Origin: Fidelibacterota bacterium
Lineage (GTDB): Bacteria > Pseudomonadota > Alphaproteobacteria > Rhodospirillales > Rhodospirillaceae
Direction of reading: 5' to 3'
NCBI GenBank assembly: GCA_947475295.1
Contig: CANJLF010000002.1
Span: 120,690-184,689 of the forward strand
DNA length: 64,000 bases
Position numbers and translations under genes: made by a program. Shown one piece after another: positions 60,179-64,000 of this stretch. How positions within the stretch are numbered: the stretch's first letter is position 1; every line of letters starts with the position of its first letter. The notes beneath the pieces are model-generated. The model saw only the letters and a program-made list of their open reading frames with translations. It made no database searches and was not told the DNA's origin.

Positions 60179-60688
60179 AATGAGAGCGGCCAATGGACGA
60201 CGGCTGGATCGTCGTCGGCGCCTCAGCCGCGGGCCAAAGGCCGTGCTTCGGCGAGCGGCGATACTATAACGATTACGGGCTCCGACGGCTCGACCGAGGT
60301 TCGGCAGGGCGGTGACCTGCCGTGGCGAGCCTATAATCCGCACAGTGTCATGGACGGCTCTTTTGCGCGGAGACATGGCGCAATCGGACAGATGAAGGGT
60401 GGACTGGCGATTTTCCCGGACGAAGCGACCGGAGAGGCCGCCGGGGAAGCCCTGTTAAATGGGCCAACTTACTCGTCGCTCACCATTGACAAGGCGATTG
60501 AGAAACGCAGTTCCAAAGAAGCAGGCAATGATCCCGAGAATATAAAACAGCAAGTTCATCAGTTCTCCGGGTTGCCGGGAGATGCTATCATCAAGGACCT
60601 TACACCCGAGGAAAAGCAAAGGCTTTACGCCGCAATTAGGCGCACCGAAGGCCAAAAACCGGGTGTCATAAAACGCAGCGGTCCATGA
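60042..60688 (+). pseudogene. cassette 2: N-terminal module joined out of frame (-1) to an unrecognised ~165-aa C-terminal domain
   Basis: Frame 0 gives MPPLFRNN...EPRVPK, then Arg-rich nonsense to a stop at 60269. The -1 frame reads NESGQWTTAGSSS...DLPWRAYNPHSVMDGSF...KRSGP, open through 60688 (hand-translated, no stops). It is 10 nt shorter than cassette 1 at the junction. Confidence 0.5.
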
Positions 60689-61128
60689 AGCACATCGCTT
60701 TTACAGCGGCAGCAACAACCATAGTTCTAGCGTGCGCTTTTGTATCGAACGCCGCAGAAAGCGCCTGTTTGGAATATGAGCCGGCAATCGTTTCGATGAC
60801 CGGCAAGGTTACGACTCATCTGGAATATGGATCTCCTGGCTTTGGCGAAGATCCGGCTCACGATACGAAAGAGAACTATTGGTATCTCGACCTGGATAAA
60901 CCGATATGCACGAACGGCAAGGACGAGGACTCACCCGATATGGAGGGCGAGGTAAATATTAAACGTCTGCAGATTGTCTTTCTCGATGGCTATCCAAAAA
61001 AACGTTGGGTGGGCCTTCGGGCAGCCATAACCGGGAGGCTGTTTCACGCCGAAACTGGGCACCATCACACGCGTGTTTTGATATTGCCCGAAAGCATAAC
61101 AGAGGACAGTGCGCACCGCGCACCATGA
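60685..61128 (+). CDS. secreted protein of unknown function (candidate immunity partner of cassette 2)
   Basis: Signal MKHIAFTAAATTIVLACAFVSNA. Its ATG overlaps the upstream TGA (ATGA coupling). Confidence 0.55.
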   Translation: MKHIAFTAAATTIVLACAFVSNAAESACLEYEPAIVSMTGKVTTHLEYGSPGFGEDPAHDTKENYWYLDLDKPICTNGKDEDSPDMEGEVNIKRLQIVFLDGYPKKRWVGLRAAITGRLFHAETGHHHTRVLILPESITEDSAHRAP

Positions 61129-61137
61129 AGTAAACGC

Positions 61138-61171
61138 AAAAAAAAGGCCGCTCCCGTCCCCGAAAGCGGCC
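61138..61171 (-). terminator. rho-independent terminator (bidirectional-looking) after the nrdAB-orf unit
   Basis: GGCCGCT-N12-AGCGGCC hairpin with an 8-nt A-run on +, which is TTTTTTTT on -. Confidence 0.75.
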
Positions 61172-61181
61172 CTTCCCCCAG

Positions 61182-61850
61182 TCATTTGATTAGATGCCAT
61201 ACCGCCGCAGCGCCAAAGGGCGAACAGGCGGCCCCTTTTGGAGCTAACATCAAGTCCTCGGACCGTCGCGCGCGCTCGATAGCGTCAACTGGACCGATAA
61301 AGAAAGCATCCCAAAAAGCTATTAGATTTTGCGCCACGTCATGGAACCGATACCGGTTCTTAGTCCGGGGATCGATAACTTTTGCTCTATAAACTAAACG
61401 CATTTCGCCAATTACAATACTTGCCGACGCAAGGATGCAGCTTGTCGCACTAGCAGTAGCTTCTATGAGAACCTCTCCTCGTTGAGCCCTATGTTTTGCG
61501 GTATTGGCGAGTTGTCGCGCAAGAGCAAACGCCAGCACGTTCCGAGAGAGCATGTTCGCGAAGTGGTCAACCTGCGCGACCACATCCCCATTCCGTTGAA
61601 ATTTTTCTGCCAGTTCTTTTCGAATAGGATCAGACAATTCTGGAAACACCCAAGCGCAAACATCATACGCGGTGCTTACTGCGTTAAGCTCTTGATCACG
61701 TCGATTGTCGAAATCCACTAGATCAACTTCGCCAGCTCGCATCAAATCCCGTTTCGCTCGCGCGAGCGCATCTTTCGCGGTCTCGAGATTGACTGCAGCT
61801 AATGGGTATTTGAGCGAAAGGTCGACCAAGTGACTATTCCGCAGCGACAC
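61182..61850 (-). CDS. hypothetical protein (222 aa), AT-richer than neighbours
   Basis: Long ORF co-oriented with nrdB, overlapping its stop by 17 nt and followed by a strong terminator. No family recognised. Confidence 0.45.
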   Translation of the reverse strand: MSLRNSHLVDLSLKYPLAAVNLETAKDALARAKRDLMRAGEVDLVDFDNRRDQELNAVSTAYDVCAWVFPELSDPIRKELAEKFQRNGDVVAQVDHFANMLSRNVLAFALARQLANTAKHRAQRGEVLIEATASATSCILASASIVIGEMRLVYRAKVIDPRTKNRYRFHDVAQNLIAFWDAFFIGPVDAIERARRSEDLMLAPKGAACSPFGAAAVWHLIK

Positions 61851-62889
61851 CTTCGGCAGATGCCGTGGCCTTGCGGGTCGTCATCATCTTGTCGAAGTGC
61901 GACCACACGCCTTCGACCCCGTGCCATTGGCCGCGCGTCGCGGCTTTGGAGTATTCGGTGGAGCGGGTTTCAAAGAAGTTGGCGTGTTCGACGCCGTTCA
62001 GGATCTGCTGCAGCCAGGGCAGCGGGTGTTCCTTGATGTTGTACACCGCCGGCAAGCCCAGCTGGCCCAGGCGCCAGTCGGCAACATAACGAATGTAGGA
62101 CTGGATGTCCTTGGGCGTCATGCCGTTGACCTCGCCGACTTCGAAGGCGAGGTCGATGAATTTGTCCTCTAACCCGACCACGGTCTTGCAGCAATCGACG
62201 ATGTCGTCCTTCACGCCCTGGGTCAGGCAGCCGGTCTCGTGGGCAAAGGTATGGAACAGCTTGACGATCGCCTCGCAGTGCAGGGACTCGTCGCGCACCG
62301 ACCAGGACACGATCTGGCCCATGCCCTTCATCTTGTTCTGGCGCGGGAAGTTGAGCAGCATGGCGAAGGAGGCGAACAGCTGCAGGCCTTCGGTGAAGCC
62401 GCCGAACATGGCCAGCGTACGCGCGATGTCGGCCGGCGTGTCGATGCCGAACTTCTGCATGTAGCTGTGTTTGTCGGCCATCTCCTTGTACTGCATGAAG
62501 GCGCCGAATTCAGTCTCGGGCATGCCGATGGTCTCAAGCAGCAGGGCATAAGCCGCGATATGGATGGTTTCCATATTGGAGAAGGCCGCGAGCATCATTT
62601 TAATTTCGGTCGGTTTGAAGACGCGGGCGTAGCGCTCCATGTAGTTATCGTTCACCTCAATGTCCGATTGTGTGAAGAAGCGGAAAATCTGGCTCAGCAG
62701 ATTGCGTTCGGAATCCGTAAGCCGCGTCGCCCAATCCTTGCAGTCCTCGCCCAGCGGCACCTCCTCGGGCATCCAATGGATCTGCTGCTGGCGCTTCCAA
62801 TAGTCATGGGCCCACGGATAGCGGAACGGCTTATAGCCATGGCTGGCGGTCATGAGACCGGGAAGATTTTTTGGCGCGATAAGATTCAT
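61834..62889 (-). CDS. nrdB: ribonucleotide-diphosphate reductase beta subunit (class Ia)
   Basis: ...FRYPWAHDYWKRQQQIHWMPEEV...ESLHCE...FFETRSTEY.... Start moved to MNLIAPK (ATG 62889). Confidence 0.95.
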   Translation of the reverse strand: MNLIAPKNLPGLMTASHGYKPFRYPWAHDYWKRQQQIHWMPEEVPLGEDCKDWATRLTDSERNLLSQIFRFFTQSDIEVNDNYMERYARVFKPTEIKMMLAAFSNMETIHIAAYALLLETIGMPETEFGAFMQYKEMADKHSYMQKFGIDTPADIARTLAMFGGFTEGLQLFASFAMLLNFPRQNKMKGMGQIVSWSVRDESLHCEAIVKLFHTFAHETGCLTQGVKDDIVDCCKTVVGLEDKFIDLAFEVGEVNGMTPKDIQSYIRYVADWRLGQLGLPAVYNIKEHPLPWLQQILNGVEHANFFETRSTEYSKAATRGQWHGVEGVWSHFDKMMTTRKATASAEGVAAE

Positions 62890-62932
62890 GGGCGTCGTCC
62901 TAGTGAGGTGATCTCTTGCCGCAGCTAACGCG

Positions 62933-64000
62933 CTACTGGCAGGCCAAGCATTCTTCGTAGTCGGTGCGGTTGCCGCCCAGGGGCTTTTCCGGCCACTGAC
63001 GGGTGTTGTCTGCTTCGACGCCGGCAAAGGCGGCACGCTGCACCGACTTAGAGCGAAGATAATAGAGGCTTTTTACGCCAGACTCCCAAGCGCGCCAATG
63101 CAGCATCATCAAATCCCACTTATCGACGTCGGACGGGATGAACAGATTGATGGACTGGCCTTGGCAAATGTAGGGCGAGCGGTCGGCGGAGAGTTCCACC
63201 ACCCAGCGCTGGTCGATTTCAAAAGCGGTCTTGAAGGTGTCCTTCTCGGCGGCGGTGAGGCCGTTCAGATGCTGGACGGAGCCTTCATGTTCCAGGATCG
63301 AGTTCCAGGTCGCGGAATTGTCGAGGCCCTTCTCGGCCAGAACTTTGGTCAGGTACGGGTTCTTGACGGTGAACGAGCCGGACAGCGTTTTGTGCGTGTA
63401 AATGTTCGCCGGGATCGGCTCGACGCACGGCGATGTGCCGCCGCAGATGATGCTGATGGACGCCGTGGGCGCGATGGCGAGCTTGTGCGAGAAGCGCGCC
63501 ATGACGCCGCTTTCGGCCGCATCGGGGCAAGCCCCGCGCTCCTCGGCCAGCAGCACCGAAGCCGCATCGGCGGCGCGGCGGATATGCTTGAACATCTTGA
63601 TGTTCCACGACTTGGCCATGGCGGACTCGAACGGCACGCCTTTGGCTTGCAGGAACGAGTGGTAGCCCATAATGCCGAGGCCGACGGAACGCTCGCGGAT
63701 CGCCGAGTACTTGGCGCGGTCCATGGACGACGGCGCGCGGTCGATGAAATCCTGCAGCACGTTATCGAGGAAGCGCATGACATCGGGGATGAACTGCTCG
63801 TCGGCGTTCCACTCGTCCCAGGTCTCGACGTTCAAGGACGACAGGCAGCACACGGCGGTGCGGTCGATGCCCAAGTGATCGGGGCCGGTATGCAGCATGA
63901 TCTCGGAGCAGAGGTTCGACGTGGTGACCTTGAGGCCCAGGTCGCGCTGATGCTTGGGCATCTGGCGGTTGACGGTGTCGGCGAAGATCAAATAGGGCTC
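62933..64000 (-). CDS. nrdA: ribonucleotide-diphosphate reductase alpha subunit, C-terminal part (5' end off-window)
   Basis: ...NLCSEI...APTASIS...SPYICQGQSINL...YYLRS...CLACQ. The ORF runs to the window edge. Confidence 0.9.
   Translation of the reverse strand, partial: EPYLIFADTVNRQMPKHQRDLGLKVTTSNLCSEIMLHTGPDHLGIDRTAVCCLSSLNVETWDEWNADEQFIPDVMRFLDNVLQDFIDRAPSSMDRAKYSAIRERSVGLGIMGYHSFLQAKGVPFESAMAKSWNIKMFKHIRRAADAASVLLAEERGACPDAAESGVMARFSHKLAIAPTASISIICGGTSPCVEPIPANIYTHKTLSGSFTVKNPYLTKVLAEKGLDNSATWNSILEHEGSVQHLNGLTAAEKDTFKTAFEIDQRWVVELSADRSPYICQGQSINLFIPSDVDKWDLMMLHWRAWESGVKSLYYLRSKSVQRAAFAGVEADNTRQWPEKPLGGNRTDYEECLACQ

Noticed and set aside
60174-60185. Programmed -1 ribosomal frameshift joining the N-module to the C-domain in both cassettes
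   Set aside because: The frame breaks are at non-homologous positions in the two cassettes. Neither site is a canonical X XXY YYZ heptamer. Cassette 2 is explained by a 10-nt length difference relative to cassette 1. Pseudogenisation or an assembly indel is the simpler explanation.

Overview
High-GC chromosomal segment that looks alphaproteobacterial. The pointers are CcrM, petABC, a MoxR/DUF58/BatA-like cluster, PhaZ/BdhA, and gene order such as rplY-pth-ychF. All family calls come from motifs I recognise in the supplied translations; no searches were run. Most of the window is housekeeping: rplY-pth-ychF, cytochrome bc1 (petABC), trmL, cca, a NUDIX/DUF1285 pair, ccrM, rnhB, a peroxiredoxin, moaB, UDG, ETF-QO, ispE, a DsbD-like reductase, tRNA-Gln, malate synthase G, HU, bdhA, GST, phaZ, bioC/bioAB/bioFD, glpQ and nrdAB. 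Two patches look accessory. (1) 31.1-43.6 kb, just downstream of tRNA-Gln, is a catabolic cluster: two MBL-fold hydrolases, PrpD-like, SDR, HIBADH-like, CMD and MFS genes. It includes three neighbouring genes with twin-arginine signal peptides, two of them normally cytoplasmic enzyme types, and two of the three share a fixed-geometry upstream motif. (2) 58.3-61.9 kb is a visibly AT-richer islet between glpQ and nrdB. It holds two tandem cassettes that share a ~215-bp 5' module (upstream DNA plus a 46-aa N-terminus). The cassettes carry different C-terminal domains, a GH24 lysozyme and an unrecognised domain, and each is followed by a signal-peptide gene. I consider this polymorphic effector/immunity-like locus the best candidate for an undescribed system. 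Both cassettes have frame breaks. Other signals: a 169-nt double-hairpin repeat present twice with compensatory stem changes; four perfect DnaA boxes; and GANTC clusters upstream of ccrM and the HU gene. Many long ORFs in the track are antisense shadows of real genes, as expected in high-GC DNA, and were not called.
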